Shown: positions 20,123 through 31,418, counted from the first letter of the stretch. The stretch: DNA of 64,000 nt from Marinifilum sp. (GCF_965230805.1 NZ_OZ246019.1:4581941-4645940), one strand, 5' to 3'. Translations and numbers: made by a program. Notes: generated by a model not told the origin, from the sequence alone.

Positions 20123-20391
20123 TAACGTGAGTTCGACGTAAAATTCGTTCACAGTTTGATCTGATTTTGAGTAGAAATTTTCTCAAATTTTCGAAGGAAT
20201 ATCGGGATATTTCAAGAAGATTTGAAGAAATTTATGTCGAAAGCAGGCAAACACATAATGGAAAGTTCTCTTTACGACATCTTCACATTAAAAATTCCTC
20301 AAAATAGCACGCTATTCTTTCCAAATTTTTAATGCAAATCTATCCCAAATATAACTTTCCGTGGATAGAATTTTACGTCGAACTCACGTTA
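20123..20391. mobile_element. MITE-like element, copy 1 (269 bp, 24-bp perfect TIRs)
   Basis: TAACGTGAGTTCGACGTAAAATTC at the left end and its exact reverse complement at the right end. 9 mismatches and no indels versus the copy at 31419-31687. No transposase ORF inside. Confidence 0.75.
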
Positions 20392-20503
20392 TTTATGCTT
20401 ACCAATTCCAAAGACGTTTGATATTCTCAATTAGGGTTAAGAAATGGTATAAATCTAACTTTACAGATATTTTTAATCGAACTTAGCTTGAAATCAATAA
20501 AAA

Positions 20504-20528
20504 AGAGCGATTAAAAATACATCGCTCT
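20504..20528 (-). terminator. Terminator downstream of the GH5 gene
   Basis: agagcgat-N9-atcgctct stem, followed by a T-run on the minus strand. Confidence 0.55.
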
Positions 20529-20648
20529 TTAAGTTTTATATCGGCTTAACTATTGAATACAAAATGGACGACTTTTGCGGTCAACCATTATCATATGGCA
20601 CTAAGGTTCTATGTTGTATACCAAATTTAATTACAAGATAGAATGTTA

Positions 20649-21707
20649 CTACATTTTATTGGCTATTATTTTCTCCTTAAGTTCTTTCAGAGAAGTTTGC
20701 CAATTCTCAACAATTGGTTTTACAATCATTCCCGAAGGTGTTAAATCAGCATCATAATCCCAATCTCCTTCTACGCTTGCCCCTTGAACTAATGCTGATG
20801 CTCCGGGTGCGTCTTCGTTCTTAATCTCATTTGCACTTTGGCACCCCTCAACTTTATCGGTAAGCGACCAATTACAATGAGATATCATATTTTCTCTCAA
20901 AAAAGTCATCCATTTGTCGGTCCAAAATTCATCAGGACTGCATTGCCCTAAGTTATTAACTGTTCCCCATTCTGTTGCAAACAAAGCAATGTTTCCCTTG
21001 TCGATTGCATACATTGCTTTATCCATTTGCACTTGCTGATGAGTTGCAGCATAAAAATGCAAGCCATAAGCAATATTTCTTTCCTCTTCGTTTCCGAGTG
21101 GCGAATCTGCTGCAATATCAACATCCTGGCAATATGTAGTTGTTCCTACAAGGATTAAGTTGTCACAGTTTTTTTCATTACGGATATAGTTAATAATTTG
21201 CTCAGCATATGGTTTAACTTTTGATTCCCAATCAATCTCTTTAGGTTCATTATAAATCTCAAAAATTAAATTTTTACAATTGGGATATTCATCAATAACC
21301 TGTCCAAAGAAATCCTCTGCCGTTTCAGGAAATTCGTGTGCATAATGAGTATGAAAATCTACGATAACATAAATATCATCTATGATGGCCTGATCTATTA
21401 CACTCCGTAAATTGATAAAATTCTCTTCCCATTCATCGCACAAACCTCCTTGCATTCCATCCTTACTATCTACTCCAATAGCACATCTTACAATATCACA
21501 ATTCCAATTTTCTGCCAATTCTGAAACTGTTCCTTCATTGTAAAAATGATCACCATAACCTTCCCAATTGGGTGTTGAATGATTTGACCAAAAATAGCTC
21601 ATGCCTGCTAGGCAAACGGCATTGTTTTCCTCATTTACAATTTGATTTCCTAAAACTCTTAGTGCTCCGTGGTCACTAACAATTCTGTTTTGTTTTTTCT
21701 TCTTCAT
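20649..21707 (-). CDS. Glycoside hydrolase family 5 (cellulase/endoglucanase-like)
   Basis: Acid/base motif FEIYNEP and nucleophile motif FATEWGT. No obvious signal peptide (MKKKKQNRIVSDHGALRV). Confidence 0.75.
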   Translation of the reverse strand: MKKKKQNRIVSDHGALRVLGNQIVNEENNAVCLAGMSYFWSNHSTPNWEGYGDHFYNEGTVSELAENWNCDIVRCAIGVDSKDGMQGGLCDEWEENFINLRSVIDQAIIDDIYVIVDFHTHYAHEFPETAEDFFGQVIDEYPNCKNLIFEIYNEPKEIDWESKVKPYAEQIINYIRNEKNCDNLILVGTTTYCQDVDIAADSPLGNEEERNIAYGLHFYAATHQQVQMDKAMYAIDKGNIALFATEWGTVNNLGQCSPDEFWTDKWMTFLRENMISHCNWSLTDKVEGCQSANEIKNEDAPGASALVQGASVEGDWDYDADLTPSGMIVKPIVENWQTSLKELKEKIIANKM

Positions 21708-21933
21708 AAAAGTGTAGTTTTAAAGTCTAAAATATACTGATACAATTTAACCCCAGAAATCTTTGGAGCTTGTTTGATAATCCGATATACATCGAAAGTT
21801 AGAATGAAGAATATCAACTAGCAAAAAGAATTGTATTACCTGCTTCATTTAATGAGTGAAAACTATCAAAATATGAGTGAAGTAAAAATTTCGATAAATA
21901 TCCTATAAAAGAATAAAGCTGAATGAAAAGAAA

Positions 21934-21970
21934 AGCCGTTAAAAAGAAAAGTACAATCTTTTTAACGGCT
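21934..21970 (-). terminator. Terminator after lgt
   Basis: 13-bp perfect stem agccgttaaaaag / ctttttaacggct with an 11-nt loop; T-rich tail on the minus strand. Confidence 0.6.
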
Positions 21971-22040
21971 TGTTAATACTTTTACCTGATTCAATAAAAT
22001 GGCCAGGTTTTTTTATATGATCAGAATGGTAAAATTTATG

Positions 22041-22835
22041 CTATTTTTGCTTCATGTTCCTAAGCAAAAAATACAATCCTATAAGAACAAAAGGTATACT
22101 TAGCAATTGTCCCATGTTTAAAGCCATTCCTTCTTCGAATGCTTCCTGATTTTCTTTAATGAACTCGATAAAGAAACGAGCTGTGAAAATCAATACCAGA
22201 AAGGCTCCGAAAATCATTCCTGAGCGCTTTTTTGCATCCGTTCGCCAGTACATATACATTAATACTCCAAAAGAAATCAGGTAACAAATGGCTTCGTACA
22301 ATTGCGCCGGGTGACGTGGTGCCTTTGGATCATCAATAGATGCCCTTACAAACTCGAATGCCCAGGAAACATTAGATTTTACACCAATAATTTCGGAGTT
22401 CATTAAATTACCCAAACGGATAAAACATCCTGCCAAAGCAACCGGAATAACCACGTAATCTAAAATCCAAAGAATTGATTTTTTACTTACTTTTTTAGAG
22501 TAGAACCACAATGCTGTAATAATACCAATTGCGGCACCATGAGAAGCTAATCCACCACGCCATACCTTAATGATCTCCATTGGATTTTGTGAATAAAACT
22601 CCCATCCATAAAAGAAAACATGACCGAGTCGGGCACCTACAACTGTAGCAATCATGGTATACAAAAACAGTTTATCAAGCAATTCGATCTTGATTCCATC
22701 CTTCTTAAACATTTTCTCTACAATGTAATATCCCAACAAAAAGCCAAGGGCAAAAAGTAATCCGTACCAGCGCACAGAAAAAGATCCGATCGTAAAAATT
22801 TCAGGTTTTACATCCCAAAGGATTGATAGTAACAT
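22041..22835 (-). CDS. lgt: Prolipoprotein diacylglyceryl transferase
   Basis: FSVRWYGLLFALGFLLGY, GARLGHVFFY, WRGGLASHGAAIG. Confidence 0.9.
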   Translation of the reverse strand: MLLSILWDVKPEIFTIGSFSVRWYGLLFALGFLLGYYIVEKMFKKDGIKIELLDKLFLYTMIATVVGARLGHVFFYGWEFYSQNPMEIIKVWRGGLASHGAAIGIITALWFYSKKVSKKSILWILDYVVIPVALAGCFIRLGNLMNSEIIGVKSNVSWAFEFVRASIDDPKAPRHPAQLYEAICYLISFGVLMYMYWRTDAKKRSGMIFGAFLVLIFTARFFIEFIKENQEAFEEGMALNMGQLLSIPFVLIGLYFLLRNMKQK

Positions 22836-22926
22836 GTTGTAAGGTTTTAGATTTTATATATGAGAATTGAGATGCAATTTACTCAATTCTCATTAACTCA
22901 TTCATTCTTTAACTCTTAACTTTATC

Positions 22927-25900
22927 TTAAGCAGGCACACCTTTACCGTGGCAATGCTTATATTTTTTACCGCTACCACAAGGACAAGGCTCATTACGTC
23001 CAACTTTTTGAACATTTCTTACTGGCTCGGCCTTTTTAGGTGCTTGTTTTCTTCCGTCAGAACTTAACTCTTCCTTTGAAGTTCTTAGCTTACTCATATC
23101 TCTTTTGCGTTCTTCAGCCTGACGAACTTCCTCAGGATCTTGCAAAGGAATATGTCCTTTCATTAAGCTGGCTACCACTTTTTTGTTTACATCTTCAACC
23201 ATTGCTTTAAATAAGTTGAATGATTCAAATTTGTAAATCAAAAGCGGATCTTTTTGCTCGTAAGATGCATTCTGAACAGATTGTTTCAAATCATCCATCT
23301 CACGCAAGTGTTCTTTCCACGATTCATCGATGGTAGCCAAAATAGATACTTTCTCGAAAGATCTCATTACATCTTCTGCTTCGGTATTGTAAGCTTTCTT
23401 CAAATGTGTAACCACGTTAAACATCTTTGAACCATCAGAAAACGGAACTACAATATTTTCGTACATTTCGCCTTTCGATTCGTATACATTTTTGATTACC
23501 GGATAAGCTTGCTTGGCAATGGCTTCGGTTTTTCGATTATAGGTATCCATCACCGCATCATTAATCCTTTCGGCAATTACTTCCGGAGTTTCTTTCATGA
23601 ATTCTTCCTCTGTTACAGGAGATTCAACCGAGAAAGTACGAATCAAGTCCATTTTGAATTCTTCATAATCGCCACCATGATTTTCGTTGGCAATTACTTC
23701 AGAAACATCGTACATCATATTGGCAATATCCACTTGAATACGCTCTCCGAACAAAGCGTGACGACGACGCTTGTAAATTACCTCACGCTGAGAGTTCATT
23801 ACATCATCGTACTCAAGCAAACGCTTACGAATACCAAAGTTGTTCTCTTCTACTTTCTTCTGAGCACGCTCAATAGATTTGGTAATCATGCTATGCTGAA
23901 TTACTTCACCTTCTTCAAGCCCCATGCGGTCCATCAGCTTCACAATACGATCGGAACTAAACAAACGCATCAAATCATCTTCGAGCGATACAAAGAACTG
24001 AGAAGAACCAACATCTCCCTGACGGCCGGCACGACCGCGTAACTGACGGTCTACACGACGAGAATCGTGACGCTCGGTACCAATAATTGCCAAACCACCA
24101 GCAGCTTTTACTTCGTCGGTTAATTTGATATCGGTACCACGACCCGCCATATTGGTAGCAATGGTTACTGTTCCTGCCTTACCTGCTTCAGCAACAATAT
24201 CTGCCTCTTTTTGGTGTAATTTCGCATTTAGTACATTGTGTTTAATTCCTCGAATCTTAAGCATTCTGCCTAACAACTCCGAAATCTCAACCGAAGTAGT
24301 ACCCACCAATACCGGACGACCAGCTTTAACCAATTCAACAATCTCTTCTATTACAGCTGCATACTTTTCACGTTTGGTTTTGTAAACCAAATCATCGCGG
24401 TCATCACGGGCAATTGGTTTATTGGTTGGAATTACAACCACCTCTAGTTTATAGATATCCCATAATTCACCTGCTTCGGTTTCGGCTGTACCAGTCATCC
24501 CCGAAAGCTTGTGATACATTCTAAAGTAATTCTGTAAGGTAATGGTTGCAAAAGTTTGAGTAGCAGCCTCGATCTTCACACTTTCCTTTGCTTCAATAGC
24601 CTGGTGCAAACCATCAGAGTAACGACGGCCTTCCATAATACGACCTGTCTGTTCATCTACAATCTTCACTTTTCCATCCATTAGCACATACTCCACATCC
24701 TTCTCGAATAAAGTATATGCTTTCAACAACTGATTTACAGTATGAACGCGCTCTGTTTTTACCGAGTAAGATTGAATCAATTCATCCTTCTTTCTCAATT
24801 TTTCTTCATCAGAAAGCGAAGATTTTTCAATATCATTGATTTCAGAGCCAATATCCGGCAATACAAAGAAACCAGTATCCTCGGTATCAGCACTTAATAA
24901 ATCGATCCCTTTATCGGTCAACTCAATGGAGTTATGCTTTTCATCGATAACAAAATACAGCTCATCGGTAATAATGTGCATGTTTTTGTTATTCTCTTGC
25001 ATGTAAAAGTTCTCGGTCTTTAATAAGGTAGCCTTGTTCCCTTGCTCACTCAAGAACTTAATTAAGGGTTTCATTTTTGGTAAACCTTTAAATGTTCTAA
25101 GCAATAGCTTCGCTCCTTCTTCCTGCTCTTTCTTATCTTCGCTATTCAGTAATTTTTTCGATTCTGTAAAGATTTTCATTACCAAATCGTTCTGAGCTTT
25201 TACAATTTTTTGCACCTGAGGCTTTAAAACATCAAATTGCTGATTGTCGCCACGAGGAATTGGACCTGAGATGATCAAAGGTGTACGAGCATCATCAACC
25301 AACACCGAGTCAACCTCGTCGACAATGGAATAGTTGTGTCGACGCTGCACCAAATCCTTTGGATTGGTAGCCATATTATCGCGCAAGTAATCGAAACCAA
25401 ATTCGTTATTGGTACCAAATGTAATATCGGCAGCATAAGCTTTTCTGCGCTCATCAGAGTTTGGCGTATGCTTATCGATACAATCTACCGACAAACCATG
25501 AAATTGGTATAAAGGCCCCATCCATTCCGAGTCACGCTTGGCCAGATAATCATTCACAGTTACCAAATGAACACCACGACCCGTTAATGCATTAAGGAAC
25601 ACTGGCAAAGTTGCCACCAATGTTTTACCCTCACCCGTTGCCATTTCGGCAATTTTTCCTTGATGAAGAACAGTACCACCAATCAGCTGCACATCGTAAT
25701 GAATCATATTCCATACAATCTCATTACCTCCGGCAGTCCACGAGTTGAAATAAACCGCTTTATCACCATCAATTTCAACATTATCAAAATGAGGAGCCAA
25801 ATTGCGATCAAAATCGTTGGCCCTTACTTCTATTTCCTCATTTTCCGTTAACCTTCTGGCTGTATCCTTCACAATAGCAAAGGCTGTAGGAAGAATTTCC

Positions 25901-26220
25901 TCTAAAACCTCTTCTATTTTCTCATCAATCTGCTCTTCAATCTTATCGATTTGATCGTAAGTCTCTTCTTTTTCGTTTACAGAAAGGCCTCCGTTCTCGA
26001 TTTTATCTTTTAAGGCGCTTACCTGGTCGGTTTCTTCTTGCACGTAATCTTTAATACGCTGTTTTAATTTCGCCGATTCCTCGCGAATTCCATCGTGACT
26101 TAACTGAGTTACTCTGTCGTATTCAGCTTTAATCTTCCCCAAATAAGGAGATAATTCTTTTAAGTCTCTGTCTGATTTATTCCCAAACAGCTTTCCTAAT
26201 GTTTTATTTATAAAACTCAT
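22927..26220 (-). CDS. secA: Preprotein translocase ATPase SecA
   Basis: [45 protein letters not shown], and the C-terminal zinc motif [14 protein letters not shown]. Confidence 0.97.
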   Translation of the reverse strand: MSFINKTLGKLFGNKSDRDLKELSPYLGKIKAEYDRVTQLSHDGIREESAKLKQRIKDYVQEETDQVSALKDKIENGGLSVNEKEETYDQIDKIEEQIDEKIEEVLEEILPTAFAIVKDTARRLTENEEIEVRANDFDRNLAPHFDNVEIDGDKAVYFNSWTAGGNEIVWNMIHYDVQLIGGTVLHQGKIAEMATGEGKTLVATLPVFLNALTGRGVHLVTVNDYLAKRDSEWMGPLYQFHGLSVDCIDKHTPNSDERRKAYAADITFGTNNEFGFDYLRDNMATNPKDLVQRRHNYSIVDEVDSVLVDDARTPLIISGPIPRGDNQQFDVLKPQVQKIVKAQNDLVMKIFTESKKLLNSEDKKEQEEGAKLLLRTFKGLPKMKPLIKFLSEQGNKATLLKTENFYMQENNKNMHIITDELYFVIDEKHNSIELTDKGIDLLSADTEDTGFFVLPDIGSEINDIEKSSLSDEEKLRKKDELIQSYSVKTERVHTVNQLLKAYTLFEKDVEYVLMDGKVKIVDEQTGRIMEGRRYSDGLHQAIEAKESVKIEAATQTFATITLQNYFRMYHKLSGMTGTAETEAGELWDIYKLEVVVIPTNKPIARDDRDDLVYKTKREKYAAVIEEIVELVKAGRPVLVGTTSVEISELLGRMLKIRGIKHNVLNAKLHQKEADIVAEAGKAGTVTIATNMAGRGTDIKLTDEVKAAGGLAIIGTERHDSRRVDRQLRGRAGRQGDVGSSQFFVSLEDDLMRLFSSDRIVKLMDRMGLEEGEVIQHSMITKSIERAQKKVEENNFGIRKRLLEYDDVMNSQREVIYKRRRHALFGERIQVDIANMMYDVSEVIANENHGGDYEEFKMDLIRTFSVESPVTEEEFMKETPEVIAERINDAVMDTYNRKTEAIAKQAYPVIKNVYESKGEMYENIVVPFSDGSKMFNVVTHLKKAYNTEAEDVMRSFEKVSILATIDESWKEHLREMDDLKQSVQNASYEQKDPLLIYKFESFNLFKAMVEDVNKKVVASLMKGHIPLQDPEEVRQAEERKRDMSKLRTSKEELSSDGRKQAPKKAEPVRNVQKVGRNEPCPCGSGKKYKHCHGKGVPA

Positions 26221-26346
26221 AATGATTTTGAATAATTGCTATTTAAATGTGTACATACCAATTTGGTATTTTGTACTGGTATTTTTTCTTGAAGTACTTA
26301 AAATTCTTAAAGTGCCTTAAGTACTTAAATTTAATTTGCAGAAAAA

Positions 26347-26739
26347 TTAGCAGGTAAAACCAGGAGCACGGATAGGATTATCGCTCTTGGCAAGTTGGGT
26401 AAAACATGGTACTGAATAAGGATGGCATCCTATTAAATCCTCGGGTTCAGGATCATTCAGGAAATTTGAACCTTGGTTTAACGCAGGAATTTTAGGCAAA
26501 TTCTTTAAAACAGATAATTCCTCTGTATTTGAAAGACATGAGCCAGCTAGTTTTTCTTGCTCTAAATTAACCAAAATTGGAGAGGTAAATCCTTCCTCGA
26601 GGTGCAGAATATGATCGGCATACCATTCCGCAAACAGTTCATTGTCAACAGAAAAATCCTGAGCATTGGCCATAGGCGCAACCGCTGCACATCCTGTTAG
26701 CACACAAAAAACCACTATGAGGTATCTGTTCATATCCAT
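26347..26739 (-). CDS. Hypothetical lipoprotein
   Basis: Signal peptide with lipobox (MDMNRYLIVVFCVLTGC). No family recognised. The start could be ATG 26739 or 26733. Confidence 0.45.
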   Translation of the reverse strand: MDMNRYLIVVFCVLTGCAAVAPMANAQDFSVDNELFAEWYADHILHLEEGFTSPILVNLEQEKLAGSCLSNTEELSVLKNLPKIPALNQGSNFLNDPEPEDLIGCHPYSVPCFTQLAKSDNPIRAPGFTC

Positions 26740-26816
26740 CGAGACCAAAAGTAGAAATTTTTATTGGTTTGAAGCCTTATTTAAATGAAAATAATTTGAC
26801 GCAAAATGCTTTACAA

Positions 26817-27326
26817 TTAATAAAGTTGATTGGTTCCCATTCTTTCAAACTCAATTTTTCCAATTTTTTTACCATTGATAATTGCAGTGTCCCAATCCTG
26901 AACAATTTTCCAACTTCCTGATATCTTTTTCAGAACAATATGAAATTGCCCATAATAAATAGAGTTTTCGTCACCTATTTTCGTTACGATCCTATAATAA
27001 CCAACTTCATATGATGTATTTTGATTTGTATGCCGGCTTTCGAACCAGAAATCAAGCTTCACAATGGCCGAGCTCTCATTAAGAGTTTGAAACCTTTCAA
27101 GATTTGCAGCCTTAAAATGGTTTTCGGTATCTATTCCCTTTGGGCTTACTCTTAAAGTTTGATCGGCATACAAAGCATTTAATGCTTTTGCATCAATTCT
27201 CTCAAATGCAGATTTAAATTCTATCCACACAGTTTTATCAATTTCTTTTTGTATTCTTTCCATATTAATTTGAGCTGAACTTAAGCCTGACATACACATG
27301 ATCAGAAGCAAGATGATTATTCGCAT
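26817..27326 (-). CDS. Secreted NTF2-fold (SnoaL/DUF4440-like) protein
   Basis: Signal peptide MRIIILLLIMCMSGLSSAQ. The pattern KTVWIEFKSAFERIDAKALNALYADQ...WKIVQDWD is typical of DUF4440-type proteins. Confidence 0.5.
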   Translation of the reverse strand: MRIIILLLIMCMSGLSSAQINMERIQKEIDKTVWIEFKSAFERIDAKALNALYADQTLRVSPKGIDTENHFKAANLERFQTLNESSAIVKLDFWFESRHTNQNTSYEVGYYRIVTKIGDENSIYYGQFHIVLKKISGSWKIVQDWDTAIINGKKIGKIEFERMGTNQLY

Positions 27327-27660
27327 AGCAAAAGTTTTTCTTTAAAGATAGATCCTTTTTGCAAATCAGATAAGAAAAAGGATCTTACATTAGTATTATG
27401 CCAGGGCAATCGCATTTAAAGGTATTATGTATTTTTCTCGCAGCTTAAGGCTGATAAATATCCGTAAATTTACGCAGAAAGAAGTTTGAATATTCAAATA
27501 ATCCCGATGGCTATTGAGAAAGCTAATGATTTACGCATATCAGCGAAAAATATCTCCAGCTAATCTTTTCAACACCCTATTTTGAACACATCTGTTTCGA
27601 TCCTAATTAAATAGGATAAGCTCTCTTAACAATTCATCATTAATGAGGATTGACACCTAT

Positions 27661-27674
27661 TGAGAATATTCTCA
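27661..27674. promoter_or_regulatory. 14-bp perfect palindrome TGAGAATATTCTCA (candidate metalloregulator operator)
   Basis: Exact 7+7 inverted repeat, 40 nt upstream of the TonB-dependent receptor ATG, abutting a CACTTTTG (-7-like) motif. Confidence 0.4.
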
Positions 27675-27714
27675 CTTTTGAAATTCAAATTTCACATCAA
27701 AACAGAACACGTAC

Positions 27715-30063
27715 ATGTTGAATTGCGCAGTTTTAGAAGATGATTTCATTAATCTTCCATTATTAAAGAAAATCAGACTATACCTTTTTATTGCAATCTT
27801 CTTATTAGGTATGGCTCCCAATGGCCTTGAAGCTAAAAATACATGTACCATAAGCGGTACGGTATTTAACGGTTCTACCCTTCAACCAATTGAATTTGCT
27901 AATGTTACCATTAAAAACACCAATCGTGGTTGTACTACCGATCTTCAGGGGCGTTTTAAAATTACCATTGGCAATACCCAAGATATCGTTTTGACGATTA
28001 GTCATATTAATTTTGAAACACAGGAATATGCATTAGGCAAAAACAATAAAATAAGAATTTTGCTTATTCCAAAAAACGAACAGCTTTCCCAGGTAGTTAT
28101 TTCTGCTCATCTTTACGAACAAAATCTTAATAAACTCACAAAACCTGCCACAATAATAGCCCATGGCGAAATATTGGACAATATGAATTCCAATATGACT
28201 GACATGTTAGCCTCTACCCCTGGATTTACACAAGTATGGGAATACCACTCTCCTATTATTTTACGTGGCTTAAACTCGAATCGTCTAATTATAATGAAAG
28301 ATGGAAATCGCAGAATTGGAACATTTCCCGGGGGTTACTTTGGTCAGGACATGAATATTTATGATACAAAAAAAGTAGAAGTAATTAAAGGCCCGGGTTC
28401 TGTTATTTATGGAAGCGGAGCCATATCAGGTATTATAAATGTGATTAGTCAGGATGTATTTGGACCGAAGAATACAGATGTTAAAATTAGTTCGGGATAT
28501 GGAAGCAATAACAATGAATTCTTAGAACTATTTAAAATTAAACACAGTAACCAGAAATTTGGCATTTCGGTTAATGGCAAATTTCGCAAAACAGGTGATA
28601 TTGAATACGGCAATGGTGAAACAGGCCAAAACAGTGATGTTGAAGATCGTGATATGGCAATTAATACTGGTTTTAAATTCTCGAAAAACCACAAAATCAC
28701 ACTCAACTTAAATTATCACTACGGAGATTGGGGCAAACCACGAGGTTTTAATGGCCCTGCAAAATCGTTTACAAAAATCAGAAACGAAGAAGAAAATATT
28801 CATACAAATTTAAGCTATGCCTATACTCCGGGTAATTTTCTTGAAACCTTTAAGCTCTGTTTATACTATGACAATGGCGAGCGTGATTATTTTCAATATA
28901 AATTCGCTACAACCAGCGGAAACTTGTCATCATTGGATCTTGTGCATTATGAGGATAATTATGGAGGTGGTCGTCTTTTTTCAATTTTTAATCTATCGGA
29001 AAACAATAAACTAACTGCTGGTGTTGATGCTTACACATTTAGGCTCGATAACCCTTCTGAAATCATTGATTACTACAACAACACAGAAGGAACAAGCGCC
29101 GGATATAAAGATGCAGGACAAGAAAACTTTGGTGCTTTTGTAAGTGATGAATGGAAAATAAGTGAGAAATTCAACTTACAAGCCGGTATTCGATTCGATG
29201 CAGCCAAAGTAATTGAAGGAGAATCGGCAACTAATTTGGATCGAAAAGAAACAAGGAATGCCCTAAGTGGTAATGTTGGAATAGTATATTCACCTACTTC
29301 AATCAGTCATTTTTCTTTTAATATAGGACGAGCCTTTAGAATGCCTACCGCCGAAGAGCTATTTACCAAAGTGATTAGTTGTAAAGGCGTAAAAATTGGC
29401 AATCCTGATTTGGAAGCAGAATATAGTTGGAACTTTGATCTGGGTTGGAGAGGAACATCTGCTCAAGGCAAATTTAAATATGATCTTGCCCTATTCTATA
29501 ATAAACTAGACGATTTTATTAATGAAGCACCGCAAACCAATGATACAGATGTAGATTTTACATACAAAAATACAGATGCCGAAATTATGGGAGGTGAATT
29601 TTCCGCTTCCTATCGTTTCGATAATGTATTTAAAGCATCACACCGTTTATATGCAAGTTTGGGCGCATCATATGTTTACGGAATTGATAAATCAACAAAA
29701 AATGATGAAGCTTTGTTTGGGATTCCCCCATTAAAAAGCACTGTAGAACTAAAATATCACGGACTATCAAATGTAAAATGGATAACATCATACTCTTTTA
29801 AACTAGGAGCTGAATATTCCACAGAACAAAACCGGATTCCTCCTGTTCCGGAAGGTACCGGAGGAGGTCCTTGGGGGTATATCCCCTCTGATTCGTATTG
29901 TTCGCTTAAATGTGCTACCGGACTAAAGTCTGCAAATTTGCCTGGCAAACCCCAAGTTCGACTAATTGTAAATAACATTCTGGATAATGATTATCAACCA
30001 TATGGCTCCTATCTGCCTGCAATGGGGCGCAACTTTAAAATCCTCTTATCTTTTAATTTATAA
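27715..30063 (+). CDS. TonB-dependent outer-membrane receptor with N-terminal CarboxypepD_reg-like domain
   Basis: TISGTVFNGSTLQPIEFANVTIKNTNRGCTTDLQGRFKI; plug (IILRGLNSNRLIIMKDGNR, VEVIKGPGSVIYGSGAISGIINV); beta-barrel ending ...GRNFKILLSFNL. Confidence 0.85.
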   Translation: MLNCAVLEDDFINLPLLKKIRLYLFIAIFLLGMAPNGLEAKNTCTISGTVFNGSTLQPIEFANVTIKNTNRGCTTDLQGRFKITIGNTQDIVLTISHINFETQEYALGKNNKIRILLIPKNEQLSQVVISAHLYEQNLNKLTKPATIIAHGEILDNMNSNMTDMLASTPGFTQVWEYHSPIILRGLNSNRLIIMKDGNRRIGTFPGGYFGQDMNIYDTKKVEVIKGPGSVIYGSGAISGIINVISQDVFGPKNTDVKISSGYGSNNNEFLELFKIKHSNQKFGISVNGKFRKTGDIEYGNGETGQNSDVEDRDMAINTGFKFSKNHKITLNLNYHYGDWGKPRGFNGPAKSFTKIRNEEENIHTNLSYAYTPGNFLETFKLCLYYDNGERDYFQYKFATTSGNLSSLDLVHYEDNYGGGRLFSIFNLSENNKLTAGVDAYTFRLDNPSEIIDYYNNTEGTSAGYKDAGQENFGAFVSDEWKISEKFNLQAGIRFDAAKVIEGESATNLDRKETRNALSGNVGIVYSPTSISHFSFNIGRAFRMPTAEELFTKVISCKGVKIGNPDLEAEYSWNFDLGWRGTSAQGKFKYDLALFYNKLDDFINEAPQTNDTDVDFTYKNTDAEIMGGEFSASYRFDNVFKASHRLYASLGASYVYGIDKSTKNDEALFGIPPLKSTVELKYHGLSNVKWITSYSFKLGAEYSTEQNRIPPVPEGTGGGPWGYIPSDSYCSLKCATGLKSANLPGKPQVRLIVNNILDNDYQPYGSYLPAMGRNFKILLSFNL

Positions 30064-30072
30064 ATCTATATC

Positions 30073-30603
30073 ATGAAAAAAGCTGTATTACTATTAATTA
30101 TTGCCTTTCCCATATTAATGGCAACATCTTGTAAAAACGATAAGAAAACATCTAATAAGCAAGAAACAAAAAATGAGATAACAAATTACCTCACAGTAGA
30201 TGAAGCAATTGCTTCGGCAGAAAAATATACCAATAAAACGATTCACATTAAAGGCATGGTAGAGCATGTTTGCAAGCACGGAGGAAAACGGTTTAAAATT
30301 GTTAATCCGGAAGGAAAGAATGAAATAAAAATTGAACTGGGTGATCAATTTAAATCTGTAGAACCCTCGATAATTGGAAATAATGTAAAAATAAGTGGCA
30401 AACTTATTCCCAAGCTATTAAATGCAGAACAGGTTAAACAATGGGAACAAAAAATGCGCAACAGTCATAAAGGCGAAGAAAATACGCAACATTTTAAAGA
30501 TGAATTAAAACAAATACAAGAGATTCATGCCAAAATTATTGCGGGAGAAATATCCTATCATACCACCTACTCGGTTGATTGTGAAGCTTACGAAATTGAA
30601 TAA
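30073..30603 (+). CDS. Hypothetical lipoprotein (co-transcribed with the TonB receptor)
   Basis: Lipobox MKKAVLLLIIAFPILMATSC; 9-nt gap after the receptor stop. Confidence 0.5.
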   Translation: MKKAVLLLIIAFPILMATSCKNDKKTSNKQETKNEITNYLTVDEAIASAEKYTNKTIHIKGMVEHVCKHGGKRFKIVNPEGKNEIKIELGDQFKSVEPSIIGNNVKISGKLIPKLLNAEQVKQWEQKMRNSHKGEENTQHFKDELKQIQEIHAKIIAGEISYHTTYSVDCEAYEIE

Positions 30604-30641
30604 AGAACATTTTTATTATAAAACTTAAAAACAAATTTATT

Positions 30642-31340
30642 ATGAAGACAAAAAACATATTATTGGTCTTATTTGTGTCGATGATGGCCTGTAGCCTTTT
30701 GCTTTCTTGTGATGATGATGATGACAATGAAGAAGAACCAATTGAAAACAATTTTAAAGAGATAGAATCTCCATATTTGATATGTGCTGGTCGTAATCCA
30801 GGTGGTGTAGGTTTCGATTTTGAATATCTGAATGAAAAAGGAGGAGCCAACAATATTGATTCTCCATCGGTTGATGATTTTGAGGAAGATATTGTAATTC
30901 GCACCATTAAAGGTGAAAAACCAGATGGCAGCTTAGGAGGAGCACCTTTTTTTAAACTATATGATTCTACTGTTGAAGCTGTAAATTACACTTCCGTAGA
31001 TCCTGAATGCAAAGGAATAGATGCTTTTAACAGATTAAACAGTTCAGATCTTAAAGATTACACCTTAAAAACTGATGGTACAAACTTTGATATTTCCGCT
31101 GTTCCAACAGGAGACACAGGCAAGCCAATTATGAAAGATTTGCTAAATGAGTATAAAAAATTAGCCATTGGCATACAATGGAAATCAGCAGCCAATAATG
31201 ATGTTGTTAAGGATGAACCAATATGGATAATTAAAACCCGAGAAGGTCGTTTGGTAAAGCTAATGGTAAGTGATTTTCCTGCTGAACCAGCACCTACAGC
31301 AAAAGGTTATGTATCCATTGTATGGGATTTTATCAATTAA
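30642..31340 (+). CDS. Hypothetical lipoprotein, possibly HmuY-like
   Basis: Lipobox MKTKNILLVLFVSMMACSLLLSC followed by an acidic linker. The C-terminal WIIKTREGRLVKLMVSDF resembles HmuY-family strands. Weak, from memory only. Confidence 0.4.
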   Translation: MKTKNILLVLFVSMMACSLLLSCDDDDDNEEEPIENNFKEIESPYLICAGRNPGGVGFDFEYLNEKGGANNIDSPSVDDFEEDIVIRTIKGEKPDGSLGGAPFFKLYDSTVEAVNYTSVDPECKGIDAFNRLNSSDLKDYTLKTDGTNFDISAVPTGDTGKPIMKDLLNEYKKLAIGIQWKSAANNDVVKDEPIWIIKTREGRLVKLMVSDFPAEPAPTAKGYVSIVWDFIN

Positions 31341-31418
31341 ACCAAGTTCTGTCTGTGCTTACAATAAAAGTTTCTTAGACAGAACCAAGCTTTTTCATTA
31401 CTAGTTTAAAGTGTAAAG

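Noticed and set aside
23509-24042. A long antisense ORF (177 aa) inside secA. Similar cases are 47022-47459 inside cas9, 55361-55753 inside the TPR-MORN gene, 13851-14183 inside dcp and 8170-8487 inside dnaE2.
   Set aside because: Each lies entirely within, and antisense to, a strongly supported gene. Their compositions are low-complexity or hydrophobic, typical of shadow frames.
27330-27660. Possible riboswitch or leader in the 385-bp region upstream of the TonB-dependent receptor (cobalamin or other).
   Set aside because: I could not recognise any conserved riboswitch core, such as a B12 box. Only the palindrome at 27661-27674 stood out.
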